Source: Mobula hypostoma (taxonomy: Eukaryota). From it: a stretch of DNA of 64,000 nt. The translations under genes and the position numbers were made by a program. Below, one piece after another: positions 46,331 through 58,959 of this stretch; the first letter of the stretch is position 1, and each line of letters starts with the position of its first letter. The notes beneath the pieces are model-generated. The model was not told where the DNA came from. It saw only the letters and a program-made list of their open reading frames with translations, and did not search any database. The stretch is from contig NC_086097.1 of the NCBI RefSeq assembly GCF_963921235.1, positions 167,030,001-167,094,000 of the forward strand, written 5' to 3'.

Positions 46331-47045
46331 CAGCAGATTCCAGTTAATTGGGACATATCAAGACTAATATATTTAGCCCCAATTAAGTGGCCACCCCAAT
46401 CAGCCAAAGTTTCATGGAAATAGTTAAAAATATATAAGACAGACAGACTACCATTTAACTGAGTAACAAATTATAGATTTCAATGAAATACAGAACAAAT
46501 TAGAACCATACTAATACTACCGTGGGTTAGCTCCTAATAGTTATCGACTGAGTAATTTATCCAGTGTACACTGCTGCGTTCTTTTAATTGACTGTAAATA
46601 AGTAAAATCAGTGCAGACACCTACTGCCAATAATGAACTACCTTCACAAATCTTCATTTTCCATGTAATCTTCAAGGTGATTGTCAATACCTTCAAATTC
46701 TTCATAGTACTTAACTTACTGAAGTCGTAAAACCTTTTCATTTTCACTCCCGACTTTTTCTCACATCACTAAGCCTGAGTGCTTGATATCGCAGTGAGCA
46801 GAGCAGTTTTTGAATTGTCTTATTGCTTACTGTGTTTATCTCCAATTATCAGTGACAAAAATCACAGCTTTTTGAACACAAGCACAAGCAGCTGATGCTA
46901 TTTAAAAACTGTTTGTTCGAAGCACGATGTAGTGGGTAACAGCCACACAAGTGAATGTGACTGACGCTAGTTAGAAACTGTTCGGCAACCGTCTCCTGAC
47001 CAACTAAGTAGCATAGTGTCACAAATAAATGGAGGGAATCCCTTT
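46331..47045. mobile_element. pogo/Tigger-type non-autonomous DNA transposon, left portion
   Basis: TA then cagcagattccagttaattggg, matching the inverted end at 39152. Acidic minus-strand remnant EEFEGIDNHLEDYMENEDL. Shares about 270 bp with 38820-39090. Confidence 0.65.
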
Positions 47046-50000
47046 CCTTTACACCAGTGCCAAAGTTATATTGCATGTACATTAATGCAAATTCCTGATA
47101 TCAAGTTATTATAGTACCTCAATAAAAAAAGCTGCAAAATTCACAGATCTTTTCGTGTGTTATTGCCTTAACTATTCATCAACTCTGCTACCATTTCTCC
47201 TAATCTTTATTGCCCCGATTGAAGGAGATTCAAAGCATTTGTTCATGCTACGCAGAATCAATGAAAAATAAGTATTAAATAGTAAAGTAAAAAGCATCGG
47301 CGGCAACCCCACATTATTCTAATTGAATGGATTTTCAGCAAACGTGACAATATCCTCTGCAAGATAAAAATCAAATACACTACCTTACGTAAATATTAGT
47401 TCATCATTTTCTTATAAATACTTAATTTTACATTACATCTCAGCATTTGCTATTTTCCATGAAGGTGTTAACCAGTAGGTAGTGTCACACAGATATGTAG
47501 CATAGAACTGTGAAACAATTGTTCATTGACCACAATGCCCATTTTGTTATCACTCGGATCTGAAATCCCTCATGTAATTCTTTCACCTCATCTTCTATTA
47601 TAAAATGGTACTTGACTGTTAAACTTTATATCACACATGGGCTCCCTGAAAGCCCACATGTTTTCTTCATAATTATATTTTTAATTACTGTTCTTTTCAA
47701 ATGCCAGGCAAGGAGCTTGAACTCTAAGGATGAGTGGGCTAAACTGATGTTAAATGACTGAAGCTCATTCCAGTCTGAGTCATTAGGTGGTTACTGTGAT
47801 TTTTTTTCCCCCCACATTCTTCACAATTAAATCAAGATTTTAATCACACAGCCTGCACAGATCCGTAATTAAATTTCTGCACACTGATACTATGAGAAAG
47901 AGAGAAGGTTTTACCTTCTACCTTCTGCAATGTAACAGCTTTCACTAAATGATCTCTTAATGGGTGAGGTTCTTTATCCGCTCTTCTTCCATAAACACTT
48001 CCATGATCTAGCCCTCTCTGAACTTCTGAATGAATGCTTTAAACTGGGTTAGTTCCATCAAGCTACTGGGATAGGTGAACAGCCACTCTTAATGTTAGGC
48101 CTTGGTCCAAAATGTCAACTGTTTATTCCCCTCCACAGATGATAACAGTGATGATTAAAGAACATGAGAAAAAATGTGAGGGGTGGTTCCATTTGCTGTA
48201 AATTAGGGGGAAGATTAAACTGCAACACAGACTGATTTGAAGGAATGAATCTGAATTACTGTTCATTCTGTATGTGCATCTGTTCCCAAGATATCTTGAT
48301 TACAGCCAATTTCAGCTCGAATGCTAAAGTTATCAAGGAACTACACTCGAAAATCTACTTAAGTGGTCTCACTAGAGCCATTGAAAGCAAATTAGACTAG
48401 GGTTGTTTTACCCTTGGGGTTTCTGGCTGTACACTTGGAGGAAAAGTTTCAATTTAGCAAGGAAATTAGTCCCCATCCCAGAAGTTCTGACAGATTTGTG
48501 AGCCCCAGCCTTCCACTGTGAAGTGCATGTTTATTACACTTTGAGTTTATTATCTAAATATTTTATATCTGCAAAAATGAGTTTTCCTGAGGTCTCATTC
48601 CCATGTTCTAAACTAGCCATCAAGCAGACCACAAAAAAATAGCATTGAGAAATATCTAAAAGTGCACAATAGATTTCTCTGCAATAATTATTTCAGATTT
48701 GTTTTACTTAGTCATTTGAAATAAACCCCATTGCTGCATAAAAAAATAATAACAAGATATCAGAGAGGAGGGCCTTTGAGCCTACTCCACTATTCAATAT
48801 TAAGGCTGATCTGATATTGGCCTTGACTCCACTTGCCTACCTATTCTCCACAACCCTCAATTCTCCTGTACTCCACATATCTCTCTGTCAGATATATTGA
48901 ATGACTCTGGCCCACCAAGAAACCCATAATATTTTGTGAGAAAATATTTCTCCTCATGTTCATCCCATCTTCATCTTAAACATGCAAAGCCACAGCCTAA
49001 AACTTTGTTCATTGGTTTGAGATTCCCTTTATGAGGAAACATCTTCTTAGCATTCTCACTGTAAAGCCCCCTCAGAATCTAAAAAAAATTCAAAAATGCT
49101 ATAAGTACTCAGTAGGCTAGGCAGCATCTATAGAGAGAGAACATTTGAAGCTGCTGACCTTAACAAGAACACCGCTCATTTGTCTGAGTTCCAGCCTGAT
49201 CATTACTCCTCATAAGACAAACTTTCTCATCTCAACTAAGTAAACCTTTGCTGAATGGTTTCCAATGCCAGTAAACTAGATGTGTTAATCTACGGTTTAG
49301 ATACAAATATATTGTACCATTGTAACAAGAATTCTGTCATCTTGATGTTCCATCCTTCATGCATCAAAAGCCAGCATCTCATTTGTCACTCAATCACTTT
49401 TTGCTGTTTCATTTATATACGGGACAACCAAGTAATTCATTCTGTGCAGCACCAATTTATAGCCTCTTCCCCCCGCCCCCTATTGAAAACAATGCTTTGT
49501 CACTGACTATCAAACTGAGGTGTAATTTTAACTCTGGATTATTTTTCAGTGTAGTGACGTTGAATAAGAACAGGAGTCGGCCTTTTGCTCTCTCAGTTCT
49601 GCTCCACCATTTAATATTATTGTAGCCAATCTATCTGTAGCTTCTATTCTAAATTCCCATCAACCATCAAACTATTCACTTCCTAGTTCATCAAGATATG
49701 ATCTAAGTTTTGAAGAAGAGTTCCAAAGACTTGGAACATGCTGAGAAAGAGAAAAGAAAAATGGTGGTCCCTATTTCAAGATTCACCCACAAGAGGAAAC
49801 TCCCTTTCCAGATCCAACTTGCTAAGACCATCATAATTATATGTTTCAATTGTCACCTTTCATTCTTTAAACTGTAGTAGATTATAAACCTAACCTGGTC
49901 AACCATTCCTCCTAAGACAACATACCTATTCCATACATTGGTCTGATAAACCTTCTCTCAACTAGCTCCAATGGATTTGTAAATAAGGCTATCAACACCG

Positions 50001-50514
50001 TACACAATCCTCCAGATATGGTCTCACCAGTAGTCAATACATGAGAAGCATAATCTTCATCTTGCTGAATTTACTTTTCCTTAGCAGTGAACTATAGCTC
50101 ATTGTTAGCTTTTCTAGTTAAAGTACATATACATTAGCTTTCTGTGATTTTGTACTAAGACACCAACATATGCAATCTCTCACCACTACATAAGAGACAC
50201 AATTTATTTATTTTGCTGTCAAAATGAGCAAAACAAGACCATAAGACATAGGAGCAGAATTAGGTAATTCAACCCATCATATCTGCTCCACCATTCCATT
50301 ATGGCTGATTTATTATCCCTCTCACACCCATTGTCTTGTCCTATCCCCATAACTTCTAATGCCCTGACTAATCAAGCACCTACCAACCTATGCTTTAAAT
50401 ACTCTTGAGGACTTGGCCTCCACACCTGCCATGGCAAAGATTTCCACAGATTCACTACCCTCTGGCTAAAGAAATTCCTCCTCATCTCTATTATAAATGG
50501 ACATCCCTCTGGTC

Positions 50515-50594
50515 CAGGGGTTCCCAGCCTGGGTTCCATGGACCTCTTGCTTAAAGGTATTGGTAAATGGCAGAAAGAAAGTTGGCATCCCCTG
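50515..50594. mobile_element. 80-bp hAT-type MITE
   Basis: TIRs caggggttcccagcct / aagttggcatcccctg (12 of 16 match). 8-bp TSD ctct(g/a)gtc at 50507-50514 and 50595-50602. Confidence 0.75.
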
Positions 50595-50920
50595 CTCTAG
50601 TCTGAGGCTGTGCCTTCTGGTGATAGACTCATCCACTATAGGAAACATCCTCCTCACATCCATTCAATCCAGACCTTCCAATCTTAAATAGGTTTCATTG
50701 AGATTCCCCCCTCATTCTTTGAAACTCCAGTGAGTACAAGCCCAAAGTCATCAAACACTCCTCATGCTCTTTCATTGTCAGAATAATTCCAGTGAACCTC
50801 CTCTGAACTCTCTCCAATGTCAGCACATCATTTCTTAGATAAGGGGCCCAAAACTATTCACAGTACTCCAAATGCAGCCTGACCAATGCCTTATAAAGCA
50901 TCAGCATTAGATCATTGCTC

Positions 50921-51405
50921 TCAGAGAGTACAGAGAAGATTTACTAGAATGTTACCTGGGTTTCATCACCTAAGTTACAGATAGGTTGAACAAGTTGCGT
51001 CTTTATTCTTTGGAGTGTAGGAGGTTGAGGGGGGACTTGATAGAAGTATTTAAAATTATGAGGGGGATAGATAGAGTTGACATGGATAGACTTTTTCCAT
51101 TGAGTGTGGGGGAGATTCAAACAAGAGCACATGAGTTGAGAGTTAAAGGGCAAAAGATTAGGGGTAACAATGAGGGGGAACTTCTTTACTCAGAGAGTGG
51201 TAGCTGTGTGGAACGAGCTTCCAGCAGAAGTGGTTGAGGCAGGTTCGATGTTGTCATTTAAAGTTAAATTGGATAGCTACATGGACAGGAAAAGAATGGA
51301 GGGTTATGGGCTGAGTGCAGGTCGGTGGGACTAGGTGAGAGTAAGAGTAGGCAGGGACTAGAAGGGCAGAGATGGCCTTTTTCCATGCTGTAATGGTTAT
51401 ATGGT
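50921..51405 (+). mobile_element. Younger CR1 3' fragment inserted antisense into the older CR1
   Basis: ORF 50986..51237 LYSLECRRLRGDLIEVFKIMRGIDRVD..RLFP...TR.H..RV. Tail atggttatatggttata. Confidence 0.9.
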
Positions 51406-54009
51406 TATAATCTGGTTCTCTCGAAATGCATGCTAATATTGCATTTGCCTTCTTTACCACAGACTCAACCTGCAAGTTAACCTTTAGGGAATCCTGCACA
51501 AGGAACGCCCAGTCTCCTTGCACCTCTGATTTTTGAATTTTCTCCCTGTTTAGAAAATAGTCTATGCCTTTATTCCTTCTACCAAAGTACATGGCCTTAC
51601 AGTTCCTCACACTATATTCCATTTGCCACTTCTTTAACAATTCTCCCAATCTAAGTCTTTCTGCAGACTCTCTGCTTCCTCAACATTGCTTGCCCTCCAC
51701 CTATCTTCGTATAGTCTGCAAATTTGGCCACAACACCAATTACATCATCCAAATCATTCCCATATAACATGAAAAGAAGTGGTCCCAACACCAGCCCCTG
51801 CAGAACACCACTAATCACCAGCAGTCAATCCATGTAGGCCCCTTCATTCCCACTCTGTCTCCTGCTAGTTAGATAATCTTCTATCCACACAAGTATCTTT
51901 CCTGTAAGATCTTGTTAAGCAGCCTCATGCACACACCTTGTCAAAGGCCTTCTGAAAATCCGAGTAAGCAACATCCACTGACTTTACTTTGTCTACCTTG
52001 CTTGTTACTTACTTACATTATCTCACGTTATACTCCATGTGCCAGATATTTTCTTGTTTGTTTAATGTGTCTATATCCCTCTATAGTCCCTTCACATCCC
52101 TCTCATAACAATCTCTTATCTATAATTGCATTATAACAAATTTAGCAACTATGTTTTTGCTTTTATCCAAGTTATTTACATAATTGTGAAAAGAAACAAA
52201 ATGAGGCCCCAGACCCCGTCCCTGTGGTACACCACTTGTTAGATCTTGCCAAACAATTATGGCTCCCTTCCTGTATCCAGTTATCTATTCCCCTTGAGTT
52301 TCTGGCCTGCATGTAACTGTGGACAGAAGGTGGCCCGACCAACAGAAAACAGCACAAGTATAAATAAGTTTTTTTTTGTCCGTGTGGCAAGAATGGCGTG
52401 CCACAAGGATCTGTACTGGGACTCAACCTTTCGAATTTTATATAAATGACTCGGTTTGCACTCAATACCCCATAATTAGCACTTGGAAAAAGACTGGCAA
52501 AGGGTCTGCCAAGTAGAACCAGGACTGATTTGATGAAAATGACTGCAAGATTAAGGAGATGATTAAAGTTATGGAGCTACACAGTGGGCTCAAAGGTCCA
52601 TCATACCCGTGCTGACCAAGTTCCCAGTCTGTGCTAGTCCCATTTTTCCCCATTTGGCCAATATCCTTCTAATCTTTTCCTATCCATCTCCCAGCTCAGA
52701 TGTCTTTTAAACATTACAATTTTACCGGCCTCTACTATTTCATCTGGCAGCTTGTTCCATATACTGTTCATATGTGAAAATCTTGCCCCACAGGCTCCTC
52801 TTAAATATTTATCCACTGAATTTAAAACTTTAGACCTTTCTGCCTTGGGGGAAAGACTGTGGCTATTCACCTTATGACCCTATAAGGTCAACTCACAGTC
52901 TCTTACACTCAAGCAAAAAAAGTCCCAGCTTATCAGTTTCCCCTTATAACTCAAACCCCCGCAGTCCCATTAACCACCCCGTAAATCCACTTTGCACCAT
53001 TCCAGTTTAATGACATCCTTCTTATAAACTACAGGAATAAGGTGTTCCTGAATTGGAAGCTCTGTCATTCAATGGAAAAGAACAGACTATAAAAGCACCT
53101 GAAGGAAGAGGTCCAGTAGAAAGCTGGCCAACGAAAGGATGGAAGATGAGTGAAAGAAATGGAAAAGGACTAAAAGGTGAAAGGTGAAATATTTAAGGGG
53201 AATCTGAGGGGAAGCCTCTTCACTGAGAAGACAATACAGCTGTGGAATGAGCTTCCAGCAGAAGTGTTTTCAATTGTAACATTTAAGAGAGGTTTGGATA
53301 GGTAAATGGATGGGAAGGGTTTGGAGGGATATGGTCTAGGTGCAGGTAGATGGGACTAGGCAGAATATCATATTGGCTTCACCTATACAGATAGAGGGTT
53401 TTTTTTCCTGTGCTTGTAGTATTCGATGACCAGCAGATCATTGACTGCCAGTTTCTTCAGCACTGTTCAGACAATTTACAGCCTGATCCCCTGGGCTCAC
53501 ACCAGAGAGAGTGAAGAGCAAGAGCAAACGTTACTGGCACAGAGAAGCAGAAGACTTTGTCTACCGCAACCTACCCTTGACATGAGTGCCATTGATTCCA
53601 TCCCATGGGAGTCAGTACAATTCAAACTTACCATCACTCCTGACTAACAAAGCCACACAGCAACTGGTTGTTTTCAATGGCTGATTTTCTTTCAATCTCA
53701 TTCTCTCACATTTTTGTGTAACCACGAATCTCCTTCCCAATGAAGAACCTATCAACCTCTGCCTTTATTACATCCAATGACTTGGCATCCACAGCCCTCT
53801 GTGGAACAGAATTTCTGATTCACAATCCTCTGTCTGATGAAATTCTTCCTTAGCTCAGTTCGAGATGGACCTTCCTTTATTCTTAAGCTATTCCCTCTGT
53901 CCCTAGACTTGCTTACCAATGGAAACATTCCCTTCACATCCACTTCACCAAGGCCTTTCAGTGTGTTTATTGAGATCTCATCTCAAACTCTGAACTCTTT
54001 CGAGTAATA

Positions 54010-55392
54010 GTAAGAATCTTGGCAGGGTGGAGGATCAGAGAGACCTTGAGGTCCAAGTCTATTGGACACTCAAAGCTGCTGCGCAGGTTGGCTCTGTGGT
54101 TAAGAAAGCATATGGTGCATTAACTTTCATCAATCATGGGATTGAGTTTAGGAGCCAAGAGGTAAAGTTGTAGCTATATAGGACACTGGTCAGACCACAC
54201 TTGGAGTACTGTTCTCAGTTCTGCGGACATCCCACCTCTCCCAGAACTTCTGGGAGTCTCCTGCATATTAATAGTGGCTCCCTGATGCCCGCAAATTATA
54301 TACAATATCACAGAAATCAATTTTTTTGAGAGCGAGCGAGAGAAAAGCAAGAGAGAGCACGAGCGTGACCACGAGAGAAAGCACGCGCGCAAGAGAGAGC
54401 GAGAGAGAAAGCAAGCGAGAGCGAAGGCAAGAGAGTGAGCGAGCGAGAGGGAGCGAGCTAGTGAGTGAGAAAGCAAGAGAGCGTGTGAGCAAGAAAGCAA
54501 GCGAAAGCGCGCGAGTGACCACGAGAGAGAGAGCGCGTCATTGCAGAGTGTTCCAAAATAAAAATATAAAACGTACATCAGCCCAGGCTACACTAAAGTG
54601 TACCCCTGCCTAATAGGGGTCAAAATAATGACAGTGTTGCTTGCTGCACTGTTTGCAACAGTGACTTTTCTATTGCCCATGGTGGGTTAAGACTGTAAAA
54701 GACATGTTGAGGTGAGTTTAACAGGTGTCATTACAGCATAGCTAATGTTATTTAAACTAGCTGGCCAGCTGCTAAGGAGCTACTCTATTGCAGACATCCC
54801 ACCTCTCCCGGAAGTCTCCCGCAAGTTGATGGTGCTACCTGAAATGAGTTTTTGCATGGTGGGATGTCTGGTTCTGGTCGCCTCACTATAGGAAGGGATG
54901 TGGAAACCATAGAAAGGGTGCAGAGGAGATTTACAGGGCTGTTGCCTGGATTGGGGAGCATGCCTTATGAGAATGGATTGAGTGAATTCGGCCTTTTCTC
55001 CTTGGAGCGACGAGGATGAGGAGTGACCTGATAGAGGTTTATAAGATGATAAGAGGCAATGATTGTGTGGATAGTCAGAGGCTTTTTCCCAGGGATGGAA
55101 TGGCTAGCACGAAAGGGCACAGTTTTAAGGTGCTTGGAAGTAGGTACAGAGGAGATGTCAGGGGTAAGTTTTTTTTTAAAACGCAGAGAGTGGTGAGTGC
55201 GTGAAATGGGCTGCCGGCAACGGTGGTGGTGGTGTACATGATAGGGTCTTTTAAGAGACTCCTGGGCAGGTACATAGAGCTCAGAAAAATAGAGGGCTAT
55301 GGGTAACCCTAGGTAATTTCTCAGGTAAGGACATGTTCTGCACAGCTTTGTGGGCCAAAGGGCCTGTATTGTGCTGTAGGTTTTCTATGTTT
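54010..55392 (+). mobile_element. CR1 LINE 3' fragment interrupted by a DNA transposon
   Basis: LYRTLVRPHLEYC.QF before 54224 continues as WSPHYR after 54870. ORF 55016..55204 is the ORF2 C-terminus. Confidence 0.9.
54224..54870. mobile_element. Non-autonomous TIR DNA transposon with 6-bp TSD
   Basis: TIRs c(g)gacatcccacc / ggtgggatgtctg (12 of 13 match). TSD gttctg at 54218-54223 and 54871-54876. Internal GA/GC-rich simple repeat at 54327-54540. Confidence 0.85.
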
Positions 55393-57214
55393 ACAGGACT
55401 AGGGCTTCAAACGTTCCTCATACATTAAGCCTTTCATTGCCTTGAATTACTCATCTCTCAATTTCTGCCAAGATTGAAATTACTTTGCAGACGGAACCAG
55501 GAAGAGAAGGCTTCACGGCTTCTTTAGCAGCTCCAGGTACTCCCACCTCCAAAATCATGATGTGTGTTGTCTTAATTTAAAAGTCAATGCACATTCACTG
55601 TACAACTAATCAATGCATAACACCCCACTGTAAGTCGTCATGAAGTCTGCTGACAGAAACTAGAGACCCATGTCCATAAAAATATGCATTAATTTATTAG
55701 CTCCATTACATCTGCAAAGCATTAAAGTTTTGTTTATGTACTACAGATGTTATTGTAAAGTATTTATTTGGTGTGGAGCGAACATTGTTAAAAATAAGAG
55801 CTGATGGGAAGTATGGAGTAAAGTATGTCACTACAAGAAAAACAACGGGTACATCCAATATTTAATATATGTTTGGATTTTAAAAACAGGCATATGGGTA
55901 TGCAAGCCTAATGCAGACAGATGGGATTGGCATAGATAGGTATCACAGTCGACATGGATGAGGTTGCAAATAGCCCATATTTCTGCTGCATATCTCTGTG
56001 TTTTAACTGCCCTCTGTAATAAAGCTGGTCAGTAATTTGCAGGACAATTAGCAATGGGCGGTGGGTACAGAGATCTACTGGAAATATCCGCGTTCTGTGA
56101 ACAAGTATATTAAAAACTTCTGGACTCTGCTAAGTATTCTACATTCTCCACTTAATGTAGCACATGCATCGCATTGGCATGACCTTGTAATCACTGTTAG
56201 TGTAAAATTAAAAGTGTGTTGCAGGTTGTGTAAGCAACGTGAAATAATCCAACAATTACTTCAGATTAAAGCACTAAGGAGACAAAGGATCACAATGCCA
56301 ACATATTAAAAGTTCGCCAACTAGCACTGTAATTTGTAAGCATTAGATTTACAAATAGTCTACTTGTTTAAACTAAGCTGAATGGATCAGTTTGCAATCC
56401 TTTCCATAACTTGTTGATTCCAGCCTGTTTAAAATTATTGATTATTTTTCAGTTGTGGAAAGTAATCATAATGCCAGCTGGCACCTCACAGGGTATAATT
56501 AGGAACAGCAGTACTAAATATACAATGCTAATGCTGAAGCTGAATTTGAACATACCATTAACAGAAATGCAGTACGTAATAAGGTGATTTAAAATGTTTG
56601 TTCAAACATAAGCTGTAGCTATACGGGAAATTAATAATATCAACCTCATGCTGTTCACAGTAATATACAATCGGGCACGCCCCAGAATTAGCTTCCCTTT
56701 TGAGTTCTTATTTTTGTTAACTTGTTAGGTTTACCTCAATGTAATCTGTATTTTACGTCGTCCACAATTTTTTTTTACTGACCTCAGGGAGTTGTGAGTC
56801 TTTGGAATGCTGTGTCTCAGGGGCAATTGGGATTGGAACTGATTTTTTATTGCCATATATACTGAGATACAGTGAAAAGCTTGTCTTGCATATTGTTCAT
56901 AGAGATCAATTCACTACACAGTGCATTAGAGTAGTACAAGATAAAGCAACAGCAGAATGCAAGTGTAACAGCTATATAGACAGTACAGTCATTGGGTATG
57001 TTTCATGCTGAACTTTTTTTCTGTATAACATGGAAATTAGGGGATATATGAACAAAACAGGAAAGTGAAAATACAATGAAACATCACCCAATATCATACT
57101 GAACAGACAGCACATTACAAAAGCCCTGCAATTACTACAATCACTATTTCCTTCCAAGACTTTGTTGAAAGAAATGCGATAATTTATTTGTTATTGTAGG
57201 ATTTAGAGAGGAAA

Positions 57215-57555
57215 ATTTGCTTTTATAAGTCACCATCTCAAAAGTATACCAACTAATGATTTGAAGGGTTGTTACTATTGTACTGTAGAAATCAAGGGAG
57301 AATATTTGCAGGCTGCAGGTTTTCACAAATCAGGTGAGTGACCAACTAACCTTATCATGGTAATTTTAAGTGAGGGATAAATATTGGCCAGGAGTCCAAA
57401 GAGAATACCCCTATCTCTTGGAAACAGTGTCATGGATCTTTTACAGTCATAAATGGTGTAGGGATCCTGTTGCATCCATACATCTTTAATTAGGACTTAA
57501 ACTCGCAAGCTTTTGACACAGAATCGGGAGTAGTGGTGACGAAGCTACACTGGCA
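57215..57555 (-). mobile_element. DeuSINE (SacSINE1-like), degenerate
   Basis: gagggataaatattggccagga (57372-57393) is the reverse complement of the Deu-domain motif TCCTGGCCAATATTTATCCCTC as I recall it. A tRNA-like head lies at about 57490-57550. Confidence 0.6.
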
Positions 57556-58449
57556 ACAGCCTGTGATGTGTTTCCAAACTTGAGCAAGTTCTTGCCTACC
57601 TGCTAATCATTGTCCTTACCTCATGGAATGCCATGGCACAAGTCAATATCACTGAGCTCTGATTCCACACAACACCAATGCTGATTCTCCTAAATCAGTG
57701 TCTCAAGTTTTGAATGGCCTAGACTAATTCACCAGACATGTGTCAATATGAATAAGGGGTGAGAGAGAAGGGACTGAGAGAATAATAGAAATGTAAGGTC
57801 AACTTAGATTGGACAAAGACAAAGTAACAGGTTGAAGTGACTCCAGATCCCACAAGAGTGCATTAACAAACCTGTCCATTATTTACTTCAATATCCATTC
57901 ATGCTTTTACTTGCTGGTGTTTTCTTTCCATAAGTGGATGGAAAGATGAGCAATCTAGCACTAAAGTAACAAAAGCAACCTAACTAATTGTTGTTAGGGG
58001 TCATTCTTATCTCATTTAGTTTTTGGCAAGATCAGACTGCTTTCTCTTTTTTTCCCCAAATATTGGTACATAAGGCACAAATGCAGTTTGTACTGTGTAA
58101 TTAAAAATATTTTATACACCTGTGAGTTGCTTTGATTTTAAAACTTCAGCAGCCACTGACTGAACTTGGCAGTTCTAGCAATCAACAAAGAACAATCTGA
58201 ATTGAAAGTCATTATCTATTAATAAAATGATAATCTGTGAAAATTTCCAAAAAGTAAATATCTATTACAAAAGCTGCAATAATTATGAGACAAATCTGAG
58301 TAATATCCTTACTTACTGAAGCTGTCAGGCAGGTAAATTAATATGAAGCTGCTATATGGTTATTTTTGCTAACATTTCAAAGATTAGAGGTGAACAGTTT
58401 AAAAAAATCTGAACTGTTGACTTTCCCCGTGTATACATTTTACAACTTG

Positions 58450-58730
58450 GGTGCCTCAGTAGCATAGTTGTTAGTGTGATGCTATTACAACTCAAGTGTG
58501 TTGGAGTTCAATTCCAACATCACCTGTAAGGAGTCTGTATGACTTCCCCAAGGAATGCATGGGGTTTTTTTCAGGTGCTCTGATCTCCTCCCACAGTCCA
58601 GACATGCTGGTTAGTAGGTTAAATAGTCATTGTAAGTTGTCCTGTGATTAGGCTAGGATTAAATCAGGGTTGGCTGGGTGGCATAGCTCGAAAGGCCGAT
58701 TCTGGGCTGAATCTCAATAAATAAATAAAA
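58450..58730 (+). mobile_element. V-SINE-like tRNA-derived SINE
   Basis: A box tagcatagttg, B box gagttcaattcc, V-domain ggtgctctgatctcctcccacagtcca, (AATA)n tail. Confidence 0.7.
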
Positions 58731-58959
58731 TTAAGCAATGGACAATGGTTCCTTTATGTTGTGTACAAAGTTTCAAGCAGTAGTCAGGAAAGGCATTTGG
58801 AAATGCCTATTGCTGTCTTTGCAATAATCAATCATGCAGGGAAAACAGAGTCAAGCTTGGCTTCCTGTGCAAGCTGTCAAATGTCCTACATACCCCGGGG
58901 GAAGCTTTGAAGAACAAGGAATGCAAATATTCATTGTTTATAATATTTTCTGACTTCCA

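Larger units (their letters stand above)
50236..51985 (-). mobile_element. CR1 LINE (RT to 3' end) with two nested insertions
   Basis: ORF 51254..51649 WQMEYSV..C..M.FGR.N....Y.LN..I..SE.Q.D...LV..SLK...QV..VVKKAN.IL.CI.R. Tail accataagacatagg. Confidence 0.85.

Noticed and set aside
47910..48035. Minus-strand open frame ending at donor-like AAG|gta sites
   Set aside because: Poor acceptor and unrecognisable peptide.
54174..54613. Arg/Glu/Ser-rich ORFs resembling SR proteins
   Set aside because: They lie in a degenerate GA/GC repeat inside a TIR element.
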